In this document: positions 13,251-28,259 of the stretch, one piece after another | Layout of the letters: every line of letters starts with the position of its first letter | Position numbering within the stretch: position 1 is the first letter of the stretch | Assembly (NCBI RefSeq): GCF_009914755.1 | Contig: NC_060941.1 | Length of the DNA stretch: 64,000 bases | From: the human T2T-CHM13v2.0 reference genome, Homo sapiens | Strand: one strand, 5' to 3' | Position numbers and translations under genes: made by a program | Notes under the pieces: generated by a model | What the model saw: the letters and a program-made list of their open reading frames with translations, nothing else | The model's database searches: none | Told to the model about the DNA's origin: nothing

Positions 13251-15630
13251 ACTTTTGATAAAGTGCCATAGCAAACCCCTCATCAGAAGGCAGGAAAGGT
13301 CACACAGTAAAAAATAATAATAAGAAGAAAATATAACTGCTTTCTTATGAGGAAAATATTATGAGTTCTTCCCCTTTTTCAGCTTTTATGGAAGGAGATT
13401 CTGCCAGTTCCTTCAGAAAAAAATAAGAAAAAGTAGTTTTAAAATGAGATTATGCACCTTCAGGGTGCCATTAGGAAGTTTTACTGTACTGAGATGACAT
13501 GAAAGCTCTGGAATTAATATCCCTGAGATGCTTCAAACCTGCAATAGCAATTATTGTACTACGTGTCCCTGGATAAATAATAGGGCCATTCAACTAATTA
13601 GCTTCAGTGATTTCAACTCCCTGTAAATTCTCTCTCACTCGGCTATAAAAATAACACTAGGAAAACTTTTGGTAAGAGAAACTTCCTTCAAGAGATGTTT
13701 TCTTTTCCTTTTTTCCCCCTTCAGTTCATAATGTGCAATGTGTAAAGTAACTTTCACTCCTAATCACAAAGCTAGAATGGAATATGCAAAATTTGCACAT
13801 TATTAATTGCCATTTACTGCTACTGAACATATTGATTTAAATCTCTAAATCTTGCCTTCCACATATGACATAAATGTTTGAGAAATTTAAACTAGTTTCT
13901 TGATACATAGTATAAGCAATCATGTCTGCATGGGCAATAAAGTATAAATCCCAAGTGCACATATATATAGATGTATTGTTAAAGAGAAACAAAAGAATTA
14001 CTTAAGTCCACACTACAATATATTATAGCCATGTTATTTTAGAGAATTTTGACAACACATTAGCTTTTCAATGGTGTTCATGGAATATTAATTCATTCTG
14101 TCATATTTACTGAACGCCTACTAGATGCAAGATGTAAAGTTGCTTCTGTATGTTGTCTTAGAAGAAAAGTAGATTTATTTAACTTAAACATACTATTATT
14201 CCTGCTTAAGTGACAAGGATTCTCTTATACTTCTGTCACCTAGAAATACCATAAAATTCTGCAAATTCCAAGCAATAAGGATGTAAACTTCAATAATACA
14301 AGCAAATACAATTCTAACATCATCAGCAATGGTCTGAAAATCTATGATATGATCCCAAGAGCACTTGAATTTTCTTATAGCTTGGGCTTTTGTTTTGTTT
14401 TTCTTTTTTCCTTTGGGTAAGCTGTTGAGATTTCTTCTTTCCCTTTCATGGAAACTTCTCTACACATTGAAATGAATCAGAAGCTCCTCCCCTGGATGGG
14501 CTAGTACTCCTCCTTCAAATGCTGAACGTCATCACAGGAGAGACAGAGGGACCTAGTGAAAGGCAGATGGTGATAAGCTCATACTTGGTGAAGAAAGGAA
14601 GAGGAAAAGAGTCTGAAACCTCTTATTGGGCTTATCTTGTTTTTAATTAACAGAATATAATTAAAATTCAAGCCAGACAAAATGACTGGATCTTAAATCA
14701 GAATTATGTCTAAGAGTGGAGACTGCAGTCATCTGTTTGCACTCATTAAAGGTGACCTCCACTACTTTCTGGGTCTCCCATTTTGCACTGCTACTTATAG
14801 GCAAGTTCTTTTTTTATTTCTTAGCCACATAAAAAAGGATTTTTTTCCTTTCTGCACCAGTACTAACTAAATATATATATATGTATATATATATATTTAC
14901 ATATAGTTGTACTGCACATTAGGATAAAGAATATGGTATAACAGGATACAATATAATAGATTTTTAAAAATCTTGACCTTTCTCTATAATTATTACATTC
15001 AAAATGATTCCCCTAACATTGATAATCATGTAATCTGGCAGAGAAACTAATTTTCCAGTAAAAAATTTGAAGGTTAAAGTTTTCCCTAACTTAAACAAAA
15101 CGTGGCTAGAGATTATAGTTTTTGTTTTACAATCATCCCACAATATTCAAACATTCTAGTCTTACTACCTCAAAATCTACACCTAAGAGCTATCTAGGAG
15201 GTTTGTAATATCAACCCCCATAATTTTTCCTTCGAAGAGATCTGCAGCCTCAGCTTATGAAAAATGCAGTCTGTTCACCCTAGGAGAATATAAGTCATAA
15301 CGTTTGTTTTGGAAATCTATTTTACCCAATATTTCTCAATGAAATAAATTGTATAAATGAAATAAAACTGACACTGCAATATTTACTAAATCACTACCGT
15401 CTGCTCTCTGCTTAACACTCTGGCTATCATTGGTTTCTCCTTCTTCAGTTTAGCAGCCGAAAGAGCAAAGGAAAAAGGCTTCTGCAAAGATGCATTTTTA
15501 AATCAATATAAATAAGGTTATAAAATAGCCACACTTAGCATGGTTTCCTCCTTCCTTGTCATCCCCATGCATTTGTCACTTTCTCACTGGCTTCTCTTCT
15601 TAATAATGTGCATTCTTCAGTTTACCAAAA

Positions 15631-15652
15631 TGTGTGTGTGTGTGTGTGTGTG
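15631..15652. repeat. (TG)11 microsatellite
   Basis: Direct reading. Confidence 0.95.
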
Positions 15653-18600
15653 AGGAGTTCACACATAGAACTAGGGCAAAAAGGTCCAGAGAGTAGTGTA
15701 AGAGAGAAAAATTCAAGTAAATCAATCCCATGTAAACTTTATTAATGGTCTGATATTACATACAGACTGAATGATGAAAAAATTGTTAATTATAATTGAC
15801 ATTCTTATTTGAAAATAACTATTAATAAAAATGAAATATTTAAAGGTGAAAGTGGTTAGCCAAAAGATACTTTTAAATATCAAGTCTACAAATAAAAAGA
15901 AACAAAAATATTTTCAGGGCCCCGAAGAGCAAATGTTCCTTTTAGTCTGTGGCATCACGGAGTCACACTGTTACATTGACAATGAAGGAGACTAGACTCC
16001 ACCAGCATCCTAGTCCTAGTTTTCAGGATAGCTGTGAGGTAGTGTACAAAGCCTCATGCAGAGAAATTCCCCTTTATTCTGTGGAGAATTTGATTCATGA
16101 AGGAGCAGGACTGATCTGTTTATCAGTGCTGAGAAAGTCTTGTAAAGGACATTGCCTATGAAAGGAGAGAAGGAAGGTAAAAATGGGACAGGAGGCTCTG
16201 AGGGCTCCTTTGGCAATTGAAGGTAAGGAAGGAAGAAGCTAAGCTATAAATAAAAAATATTTCTAGAAATGGTATGTGGATGATGCATTATTAATGATGG
16301 TGAAATACATCTCAATATGGAGGGGAGAGTGGCCACATCTTAAGATGGAATAGTCACTTGGTCCAAACACTGCTGATGCTCTTGTGATTTTAGAAGGATG
16401 CAAAATACCCCCTAAAGTCAAAGAGGTTTTAAGTGTTCACATGTCTACTTGATTAAGCACAAGGATGATACTAAAGAACTAATATGCAATAAAGAGATGA
16501 AAAAACACACAATGTTATTTTGATAATCTCAAATGTTTAAGCCTCACAACTGTATGAGAGCCTAGCTTACTGTCATTTAAAATTTTTTTTTTTTGTATTT
16601 TAAAAGGTCTATCTTAACTTTTAAAAACAAGTCTCATTACCTACAGAGTCTAGAAAGTACTGACTGTAGCTTGAGGTTATGAAACTGAAGGATTCCTGAC
16701 TTACTGTTCTCCATTTTAACCGCTAGATGTATTTTCTGTTAACATATTCTGGGGTTAAAAAAATTGGCCTTTTTCACATTTACCTGGATTCCCAAGTATG
16801 TATCCAAACAGTATTTAGCCAGTTTACTACAAACACAAATCTTACATGTGGAGCTATGTGTGAAGGTATTATAATTATAGCAGTAATGCAAATATGGTAA
16901 AGAGGACCAAAACAGGTGACAGATGGTCACAGACTTAAGACTTATAACTTAAAAATGCAGCTTCACTTTGAAGGATGTATTGTGGTACATCCATGGACAT
17001 TCAGAAAATTTGTCGGAAACTTACAAAGAAGGAAGATGGTTAGCAGCTTAATATACTCTTTTCTTTTCTTTTTTCTTTCTTTCTTTTTTTTTTTTTTTTT
17101 TTGGTTATCTAGATGGGAGATTTAGTCCTGGTGCCTGAATTTGAGGGTCTCTCACACTGCTCATCTCAACAATCAATTTTTACTGCTGTAGAAGATAATA
17201 ATGGTAATAACACTATAGAAAAAAACTACCATGACCTATAAGTTATTAGTCTTTTAAAAATAACTGTAGTGTATGCAGCTTCTTCATTTCCTGAAGTAGA
17301 AGAGAAGCTGATAGTTGGAGCCTCTGAAGCTGTTCATATATCTCCTGAATGCATGCAAGAGGTTGATTTGCTCACAAAGGAAGAGCAGCTTTGAGAATGG
17401 GCCACATGGATGAGAAAAGCGACCCAACATTAGAAATCTGCTGAGGACAATCACCTTCTGGCCCACCTGTCTTCTTGCACCAAGTTCCAGCAAAAAGCTC
17501 GCATCATGACACACTAGTGCTTTATCATCCTACAACAAAAAAAAGTCAGGATTCGAGGCCAGTTAAAGTGATGCTCTTAGGTAGCAAATTGTCAGTATTC
17601 CCAAAAGGACAGTCCTCTGATGGTGCTTTTGATACTGAAATTTCAAAGATCTCTGTTCACCTGAATGACAACCATAAATTAAGTCTCCCACAAAGTCCAA
17701 AATGTTCTTCTATTGCATTTAACAGAGAAGATACAAAATATAAAACTTTATTTCATGTGTGTGCAGATTTCCATATGCTTAACAAGAACTCACCTGGTTT
17801 CTATATTATGTGAAAAGATTGTCCTTATAAGACAAATTATATTCTAGTCACTTTCAAATGAAGTGGATTCACCAAGCACACAGTTTATCTCAGGATCTGG
17901 AAGCCTTCCTTAAAGCATGACTGTGCAACAAGAGTTTTAATGCCACTCCACTCTGTAATGCACTGCATGTTAACAAGATTTATATACATTACTGGTGCCG
18001 TTAAGGAAACTTAAATGACTTGCAGTTTCTCTAGATGAGATTTTAAAAAATCTTAAAAAGGGTGTGTAGCATACAAATGAAATCAGATTACATTAGAAGT
18101 TGTTTAAAAGTACAAACATAATACTGCTTGTGTACCAGCTATGGAACACACAGCAAAGACTTGTTTTACTTCAGACAAGCATTCTACAGTCACTGAACAT
18201 AAACAACCATAAAGTTACAGCTGCTTTTAAAATGTCACTTAGGGACAAACTGTATAGATGGGAAATTAGATAGTACTGAATGGTTCTGGAGAAGGACCAG
18301 GCCTGTACTCTGAACTCCTAACTCTGCATTCATGAGAAAGAATAAAATATTTCTCATCACTAATCATGTTTTCATATGTAGGTACCTGTACCTACAATGT
18401 GATCCAAATAATTTATCAGATTCAGAATGATTAATACTTTCCAAACTATACTTAAAATTGAGTCTAGTTATATTGTATGAAAATTGAGAAAAATGAGGTA
18501 GATGATGTTTGGGTAACAATTAAAATTTTAGGCAGATGCTTGAATGTCCGTAATTTTTTAAAATGGGGGACTCTACAGTACATGCTGCAAAAATGACTCA

Positions 18601-19335
18601 AGCTAGGATTTTCAGAATAACCTATATTTTAAAAGTGCAGAACAATGTCAAATCTTTAAGCTTTCAAGCAGAGGATTCGCAATAAAATGAAATCATTAGG
18701 CAAAGAGTGGTCACTGTTACGATAAGAAGAAAAAATAATTCAAAATTCTCATATCTATTATTATATTAGAATAGTTCACTTTCTTCTCTACATAATAACA
18801 TTGGGTATTAAAGAGCCATTTATGCATACCTTATTATTATTTATGAAATTACAAATACACACAGTGTCTGATAACTCATCTCTCTGTATTAAATAGGAAC
18901 ATACATTGTTTTTTAAAATGTCTGCCTTTTACAATGTGTTAGGTAACAGCTTTCCATAGCGTAATCATGAATGCATTATATAATGTGCTTTATAAGAAAT
19001 TATTAAGGATTATGACTATAGCAATGTAATTCGAATATAAATATGAATAAAGCATTTAGGAATGATATTTTCACTTAGACTGTTACCTACATAATTTGCA
19101 GCAATACAATTATCATAGAAGAAGACATACATTTACAGAAAAAGCTGTTGCTACGAATGTTAGTAAAAATCCTATAACGTAGGTGTTTTTCTAGCAACTT
19201 CACAAAACCCATGCCTTTAAAAACATGAGGAGAATCCACAATGCCACCTACAGTTTTCTTGACAGTAATCTTGCCTTGGCAGGAAAAAAGGTCAGCTTTA
19301 TTTGAAAAGCCAGGTGCATGTAAATTTCCAAACTG

Positions 19336-19349
19336 CAAGTAGGTGGCAG
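19336..19349 (+). promoter_or_regulatory. CTCF-like motif
   Basis: CAAGTAGGTGGCAG vs core consensus CCASYAGRKGGCRS (1 mismatch), in unique sequence. Confidence 0.4.
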
Positions 19350-20369
19350 TGGAGACATTTCTGGATGGCCCTTCTCAGTTGGAAATGTAAAAGGAGGAGG
19401 AAGCTTCCTTAAAAACAAGTTAAAAACATACTAAAATAAATAATTTCCTGAAATGTAACCTTCCAGATCACCATTAAGAGCTAATAAATTATTTGTCTTT
19501 AGGGACCAAAATCCCACCAATCTCTTAATGAAGACAACCATAGCATGAAAAGTGAGCAGCATGGATGACAAAATTAGAAAAAAATGAAAAGAGAGAAGTG
19601 TTGGACAATTGTTTCCCACAAATCTAAAAGAAATAATTAGGAATTTGATGTGGACAAGAAACTCCGAGGCTAGCAGCATGAAATACATAAATTTAAAACT
19701 AGTAACTTAGCATTTTAAGAAGCCATTAAGAAATCTCCTGTTTGAATGTGAATTTAAGAGTAAGGGAGATGAGTTTATTAGGATCTGGTCTTTAATGAAG
19801 AATATCAATTGAGTCCATCAAAAAATTGTGTACAAGAGGCTATTAAACAATGTAGACATATTTAAAGTGTGCTCAACTATAAACAAACACTAGAAACATT
19901 AGAATAAAACCACCTGAATTGTCTTTCAAGGTTAATGAGTTGGCATTTAGATTCATTCCATTCTCAAGTTTACTTGCAAAGATAAGAAGGGTCATTAAGT
20001 TGTATTATCGGTTCAATTTAATTGATTTGACTCGTGGACATCATATTAGAAACTGGAAAATGCCCAAGAATAAACACTGGAGGGGTGTGTGTGTGTATCA
20101 ATATACATGGAAAGAAACAGGTAAATGTGTTGTAAGATGGAAAAAAAGGAAGTTAATGACATTATTTATATCGGAATCACCACGTGAAAAGAAATCAAGG
20201 TAAACGTCCAGATCAAAGCTTTTTCACACCATGACTATCTCGAATCAGCTTTTCTCCTTTCCTTAATTGGTTAACCACACACACACAGTTTAACAACAAA
20301 GGCAACCAAGTGGTCAAGGGATGCAAGAAACCTGGTGAAAACAAATGCCACGTTCTTAGTACTACTGTT

Positions 20370-20670
20370 CCCCTGCCTGGAACATTCTTCTTCTGTTCAT
20401 CTTTTAAGATTCACCTCAAAATCCAGATACTCTAAAATGCTGTTCGGAATCCCTGATGTGAATTTAATCACTCCCTCTCCTGCAGTATTTAAAAAAACTT
20501 CTATTATAGCAATTATCACATTTTAGAATTAGAATTATTATAGTTGTGTTTGGATCTGAACGACCCCTAAGTCTGCAAGTCCTAGGAGGGCAGGGGTCAG
20601 TCCTTGACAATTTTTGGAAAATTTCTGATGCCATGCTCTGCAAGGATGTTTATCTGAATTAGTTGAAAGG
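20370..20670 (+). mobile_element. L2 LINE 3' fragment
   Basis: 'ctgttcccctgcctggaacattctt...catcttttaagattcacctcaaaat...gtcctaggagggcagggg'. Confidence 0.65.
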
Positions 20671-22643
20671 ATGACTTAAAACCATCTCTCAAAATACGCC
20701 ATGCTTTAATGCTGTGGACAGTAAAGAATCTATGCTTTGGTGAACAACAGAAGAGTGACATGCCTGTGGCTCACTCTGAATAGAGCCTTATAAAGCCTTA
20801 AAAAGAAATGTGGCACCAACCTTTACCCTCTCCTTATATACCCAGGAATCCTTGGGAGCTACAGGGTTAGTTTGGTTGCTAGGAGTAAGGCCTGAGAATT
20901 ATTAGTGAACTGGCATCCTGGAAGCAGTAGGGGGCGTTTTACGCTGAGGATGCTATTGGAGGATGTACTCACAGACTGTGTGATGGGCGGTCACCTAGTC
21001 ATTGTCCTGGTGACCTTTTAAATGTAAGCAGCAGGAAGCATAACTCAGGCCTGGTAGCAGTGATCAGAGTCATGGGGGAACAAACTGTAAAAATTCCAAA
21101 GCAAGGGCCATACTGAACCCAGAATTCTCAAATTCAGGAAGAAACTTCCTAGGCTAATTAATAGAGTTTGTTACTTAGGTTTCCCACATCAAAAGGGATT
21201 TGGTGTCGTTGTTTTCTACCCTTTCTATTCCTTGCCCCCTTATGGCATTACAGGTTCCTTTTGTTTTATGGTGGGGGAAAAAACCATACACACAATGAAA
21301 GAATATTGAAAAAGTTCTGTAAAAGCTCCCCTGAAGAGAGAAAAATCTCTGGAAGTCATTCTTCCTCTTGGAAAGGCGTTGGATCAATTTCATTCTTCTC
21401 CAGATAACACATAAAACTCAGCACAGGCTATGTAAGTAAAAGAAAGTTTCAGTGAGGGTTTGTTTCTTGCTGCCAAGGGTCTGCAACTTCGAATTGCCTG
21501 AAATACTGAACATATTGAGACATGAATGCTGCAAACATCTAAAAATATTAGTAGTGTGGCTGCCTACAAAGAAGATGGAGGGCCTACCTGAGGCGGCAGA
21601 GCCTCTTACATTGGAGGGTTGGAGAGAATCATCCACCTGCAGGAGGCCCCCAGTCAGGAGGTTAGAAGACCATATTTAAGAAGAAGGAATCACAGTCCAA
21701 GTTCAGCCTCAAACCAGTACATTTTAAGAGTCTCAGTAGATAGCAAAGAGATCATAAAAATGACTCACCAAAAGGCATATATTAAAATTGGACTGGGATG
21801 CATTTTTAAGAAAGCCAGAAAACTCCAAGAGCATAGCTTCAGAATAAGAACAACACATGGTTTTTTGGGGGGGAAGTTTAATAAACTGCAGTTTTGGATT
21901 ACCTTAATCCATATCCTTAATCCACAAAATTCTGTCATTCACTGTTTTGGGCAATGTGACATTATATTTTATTGTAAAGTATTATAGTATATTTCTGTTT
22001 GATGAGTAAAAACTTGAACAATTAAAATAAACAATGTATATTGTAATCTCATTGCATGAAGATTTGATTTTCCTATTCTGTTGTAAATTTTAAATTTCTT
22101 ATCCTGTTAAAAAGCCCATAAAACAGATTTTGTGAACATATGTTTTATGAGCCAATGCCAAAGTAAGAGTGGTAAATCCCTCAGTCACAGACATAATCTT
22201 CAGAAGTCAACACTTAATTATTCAGCTTGTAGATTTTCCATGCTTTCCTGTCCCTCCTCCTTGGTATTTCATTGCACACACACACTTCTTTTAGAAAGCA
22301 GGCAAACAAAAGAAGTAGAAGAGATGAAACTCAGACTTGAAGGTGTGGATATCTGTAACATTACTTTGAAATGTTGTCAGCAAGGAAAAAGAAGCTAAAA
22401 GATAATAAAAATTGTTATCATTTAAGAATAGCTTTCATTTCAAAACAGTATTTCATGTGCATTTTTTTTCAAATGTCTGTTTAAAAGTTTTTGCAAATTA
22501 ATTGTGGTTAGGATGTTTCAAACTAACACAGTAAATAGATTTTCACCTCAAAATTGTACCTACTTAAAAACATTTAAATTTTACTTAATACTGACTTTTA
22601 GGTTGATTCTTCAGTAAACAAAGTGAGAGCTTGTCATTAACTA

Positions 22644-22657
22644 CCAGCAGGTGGTGG
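22644..22657 (+). promoter_or_regulatory. CTCF-like motif
   Basis: CCAGCAGGTGGTGG vs CCASYAGRKGGCRS (1 mismatch). Confidence 0.4.
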
Positions 22658-23069
22658 TATTCACAAATAGGGTACAAGAAATACTGAAAGGGCTATGAGT
22701 ATAACCAATATGTGGTTCAGATTTATGGATTATGGATTTTAAAACATTTTTAATGGAGTTGTCAGCACACTGAAACTACTTCCATTCCCATCTGTTCCAT
22801 ATGAATGTGGAAACTTGGAAGTCACCTTAAAATATGTGCCTGTAGAAAGTTTTGCATTAAGAACATTGGGTCTCTTTATAAAAGCAGACAAATATTTTCT
22901 ATTTTTAAATATTTAAATTTTCTGTATAACAATGAGCTTCAAACATGCACAAGTATCCTGACTCTTCCAATATTTTGGGGGCCTCTAGGTTTAGAATCTG
23001 ATCTATCTTCTATTCAGGGCAGACACGTATCAAGAGGGAGCACTGACTGTATACTTTAGCCAAGCTAAC

Positions 23070-23450
23070 CTGAGCAAATGCTGAATGGTGGGCACTGTGC
23101 ACACAGTTGCTATGGAGAAAATATGTCCGTTCTTGTCTCCAAAAAAAAGGTCCCAGGTTTCAGAGGATACAGAAGCAACAAGAGGCGGTGAACTCCAGTC
23201 ATCGAGTCAACAGCTTCAGGGGCTTTAGGAACAGGCTGAAATTATTTGGTTTTGACCGCCAGATGACCTCCATTGCTGCCCAGTCTGATGGACAGTCGGA
23301 CCATTAGTTCTTTTAACACACATTCTTTTCCTGAAACACAGACACCACTCTGCGTTTGCACAGAGCAAGAAAGGAGAGCAAACGAGAGTGTCTGAAAGGG
23401 AGAGACAGAGACGTACATTTGCAGAGAAACTTCTAAACCAGCCGCAACCC
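23070..23450. promoter_or_regulatory. CpG-retaining unique block: candidate enhancer and/or minus-strand non-coding exon
   Basis: RFX X-box-like GTTGCTATGGAGAA at 23106-23119; minus-strand acceptor tctctgtctctccctttcag| at 23391, second acceptor at 23330, possible donor CAG|gttagc at 23070. Confidence 0.35.
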
Positions 23451-24197
23451 TTCTACTGTTTTAGGGCCTAGGACTAGAGGAATTCAATCCAAGCAAAGAG
23501 ACATCAGCTTTTTTTTTTTTATCTAACTTAAAAATCTGACTTTAGACTACAATTAGGCAAGATTATATCTAATAAATGTCCAAAACAAAAACATGGAAAT
23601 GGTTAAAATTGATTTTTTGTATTTTCTAAAGCATTTGATATCTAGCTTAAAAATCAGCAACACTACTTTATATATATATACAAAATGTATACATATATAT
23701 GTTTATACATATATATATACACACACACAGAGATCAGAAATAAAGAGGTCTTACTATGTTCTACCTAATGTTAGTTCAGGCTTACTGCAAAATTGTTTTC
23801 CACTACATACTACCCAGTTCTTTGAAATCCATTTAATGAGTTTAATTCCCAGGCCACATTACTGTGGTATATGAGATTCAATGTACATTTTATTTGTTTT
23901 CTTGGTATGCATGTGTTTTGATGTGTGAATGAAAAGTAACTTTGGTCTTATTATTCTTATAAAACAAATCAGGAGCTAAGCTTTGCTTTCAGACAACCTA
24001 TTAATCCAAGGCAAAACTGAAAAGCACAAAGATTGTACTCCAAAGAGACCCATAAAGATACTGAACTTTGCCAGGAAATGGGGAGGGAAAAGGGAGTAGA
24101 AAAGGAAATTTAGGTAGAGGATAAAATTTTCTATAGATGATGAATCATTCTATCTTTAAATAAAGCAATACTTAAACTTACATTTAATCAAATCTAC

Positions 24198-24200
<3 letters not shown>

Positions 24201-24238
<38 letters not shown>
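24201..24238. repeat. (AC)19 microsatellite
   Basis: Direct reading. Confidence 0.98.
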
Positions 24239-24241
<3 letters not shown>

Positions 24242-24678
24242 CCATCTCCATTTTCTTGTGGTTGTGGCTGACAGAACTGTACTTGTCCCCAGCCTCTTCT
24301 GATTTTCCTCTTGGGATAAGTGATGAGCTATGCTGCAGTCAACGAGGAAACATCTGTTTGACTTTCCGAAGCTGGCATGGGGAGCTGAAGTCTGAATCAC
24401 AAATGCCACTTTCATAAACAGGTCTCCCACAGGAACCTTGCTAAAAACATGACTCTACTGGGGTGAGCCACAGCTCTGGTGAGTGATGGGGAAGGCTGCT
24501 CTCCTTTCCAGCTATTTGAAACAATATACACTTTTTATAGGATTTGTCTGTGGTGGGATTTAATGAATTCCAATCTGTTAACAGACGTACCTGAATCCAG
24601 TTTTAATTTGGGAAGTTAGTTCATACTGAAGCTCCAAAGGCTCTAAATCTGGGAATTTTTAATTAGTAAGAAAGCTAT

Positions 24679-25035
<357 letters not shown>

Positions 25036-25564
25036 TTATTTTTTAAGCATATTGACGTGGTACTTAAAAATCAGCACACAGTTTTCACATTTTATTTTAT
25101 TCTAGTATTGTTGTCATCAACAATGTGAATAACTCAGAACACCACTCTGGCTAGAGGTGTGTCTAACACACCCGAACTGTAACCTTTCTCTTTCCCTCCC
25201 CCCGTGAAACTAGGGAGAAAACACCTTTGGGAGCTGTATCTGCCCAAAGGCAAACTCCTGTGGCAGGTGGAACAGGGAGCTGGCCATGCTCCAAATGCCT
25301 CCCCTGTTAGAATCTTCACATCTGCATGTCTGTTTAGGTTGTCCAAGTTTTCAACTTAACTTATTTTTAAAACCTCTTTTCTTTAGTTTAGTGATTTTTC
25401 TCTTTATGAAAAATGACTGCTTGCTGTTTGATTCCTCTCTTGGGATATTTACTCATTCTCTCCTGAACAGGGCTCTCATTTCCTTGTCAGCACTTGGTTT
25501 GGCTGACATCACTGTATGATTATTAACCTGTGAGTGAGCTGGAAATATTTCCGAGATAATCTAA

Positions 25565-25613
25565 ACACACACCCACACCTACACACACCCACACACACAC
25601 ATACACACACACA
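25565..25613. repeat. Interrupted (CA)n microsatellite
   Basis: Direct reading. Confidence 0.9.
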
Positions 25614-25877
25614 CTAGCCTAGTCTATTCAACTGAAGTATTTGGCAAAAATAATAGATTTTATAAGCTATATCAAATAGATCTTAATGTAAATTGTTAGG
25701 CTGGTGCAAACATCATCCTGCATATTTCTAGTTCAAAGGTAGAGAGCATTTGTGTCAGAAAGGAGCTCCTTTATTATTTAAAGACAGTTTCCACCTATCA
25801 GAACAGATGGATAGTTGTTGCCTGTAAAATACGAATTATACTATACATAACAATAAATACACTATTGAAACCGTTAG

Positions 25878-26256
<379 letters not shown>

Positions 26257-27339
26257 CTGTTTTCCTTTTCTTATTCCTCTTTTTCTCTTTTTTGAAATTT
26301 AAAAATGATATTTCTATTTTACAATTACTAGAGAGAATTATTGGGTGAATGAAGTGGAAATGTCCAAATATACACGAATTTTCTTTCTTTCTGTGACTAG
26401 ACTAACACTCAACACGAAATGCTTTCACTGCTTGAAGGAAAGCCCTCATAGAACATAGCAGATGGCAGAATTAGCACATAGAATATCATTTTATCATGAA
26501 AAAAATGTGATGCCAAGCCAATAATTATTTTCCTCAAATTTGTTTTCCACATCTTTCCCTATACTCAGGGCTCTGAATGTTCCTACAGCATTTAGGATCT
26601 TCTGATAAATTTCCAACTTTTGAATTATGAACACTAGTAAGCCTTTTTTAGCTTTAAGTGAAATTAAGACATGAAGTAGATATATAAGTTATTAGGCCTT
26701 AGAGAAAAAAAGACAAAATTAGATACTTCTCAACATACATGATTTAACTTAAACAATACCTCAATTTTACTTTGTTCTCACAATCAAAAAATAATGTTGA
26801 ACAAAAGGAACAGTAGTTGGAGAATTCTTCCAAAATCAATTTTAATTAAACACACACACACACTTTAATGTTGAATATGCCTGTTTAATCAATGATTTTG
26901 GCTCTAAGGTGATACAATCAGCATTTATACTTCAAATTACCACTTGGTACTAATAGATACTCTATACACAAGTCCTTAAGGTCAACACCCAAATTATTGC
27001 CCTATATTAATCATTAATAACTTAGAAAATGATAATTTTCTAAACCCATTTTTTTAAAAGAGCAAACACACTTGCTTAGTTTAATTTGCTACTATTAAAA
27101 TGATTTGTGATTAATTTAATATCAATTAATTTAATACTAGATTGCTTACAAAATTATTTACTATATTTCTGTTCTTTTCACCACTTGCTCTTAAGTATTG
27201 AGCCATGGGAGATGTTTAGGAACTCCGTTAGGAAGGGTAATTACAGAACCAAAGCAGGGGAGGACCTGACAAAATAGATACCAACAGATAAATGGAGGGA
27301 AGGGAGAGATGGAAAGGCACACCATTTCTCATGTGATTA

Positions 27340-27480
27340 TACAGAGGTTGCTTATAGGTACCTTTACATTATTATCTTGTGTTTGTATTATGCCCATTTT
27401 ACAGATGAGAAAAGCTAAAATCAGAGAACTTAAATGACTTCTCTGAGATCATAAAGGTAGTTAATGTAATAATCCAGTGT
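27340..27480 (-). mobile_element. MIR SINE
   Basis: 'cccattttacagatgagaaaagctaaaatcagagaacttaaatgactt' reverse MIR core. Confidence 0.8.
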
Positions 27481-27938
27481 AAGGTTTGGAATGCTTTACA
27501 AAATGAATCTCATCAAATCCTCGAAAGACAGACATTACTCTTTAGAGTTTCAAAAAAAAGAAAGAAAACTTGAAGAGGCCTCATGCAATATAATAAGCCA
27601 ATTATAAAAATGAGAAGAAGATGCAAAGGATATCAGTCCTGGGCAACCAAACAATCAGTAGCTAACCCTCCAAATACTGACCTGAAATAATAACATGACA
27701 AAAGACTACTTAAAAAAAAAAAAAAACCCATACCTGTGTTACATATTGTGCTTACTAGTCAAAAGTCCTAAATGACAATTTTCTAAAACTTGAGTACAGG
27801 CAATCCTGACTTACAAACCCTTGAGTTACCACCTATAATGTGGATTCATTGCTGTCATATCTGACACAGAGCTGCTGCGGAAAATACTTGGAAGACTGAA
27901 AAGGATGAGTTGGTACGAAGTGGAGAGATTCAAGTTAA

Positions 27939-28250
<312 letters not shown>

Positions 28251-28259
28251 TAACCGTAA

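Noticed and set aside
17058-17102. Orphan poly-T tract (and orphan poly-A at 51576-51619) as a possible retrocopy tail
   Set aside because: No element body, polyadenylation signal or TSD found; treated as simple repeats.
18377-18396. 9-bp stem micro-palindrome (tgtaggtac-ct-gtacctaca)
   Set aside because: Too short to distinguish from chance in 64 kb.
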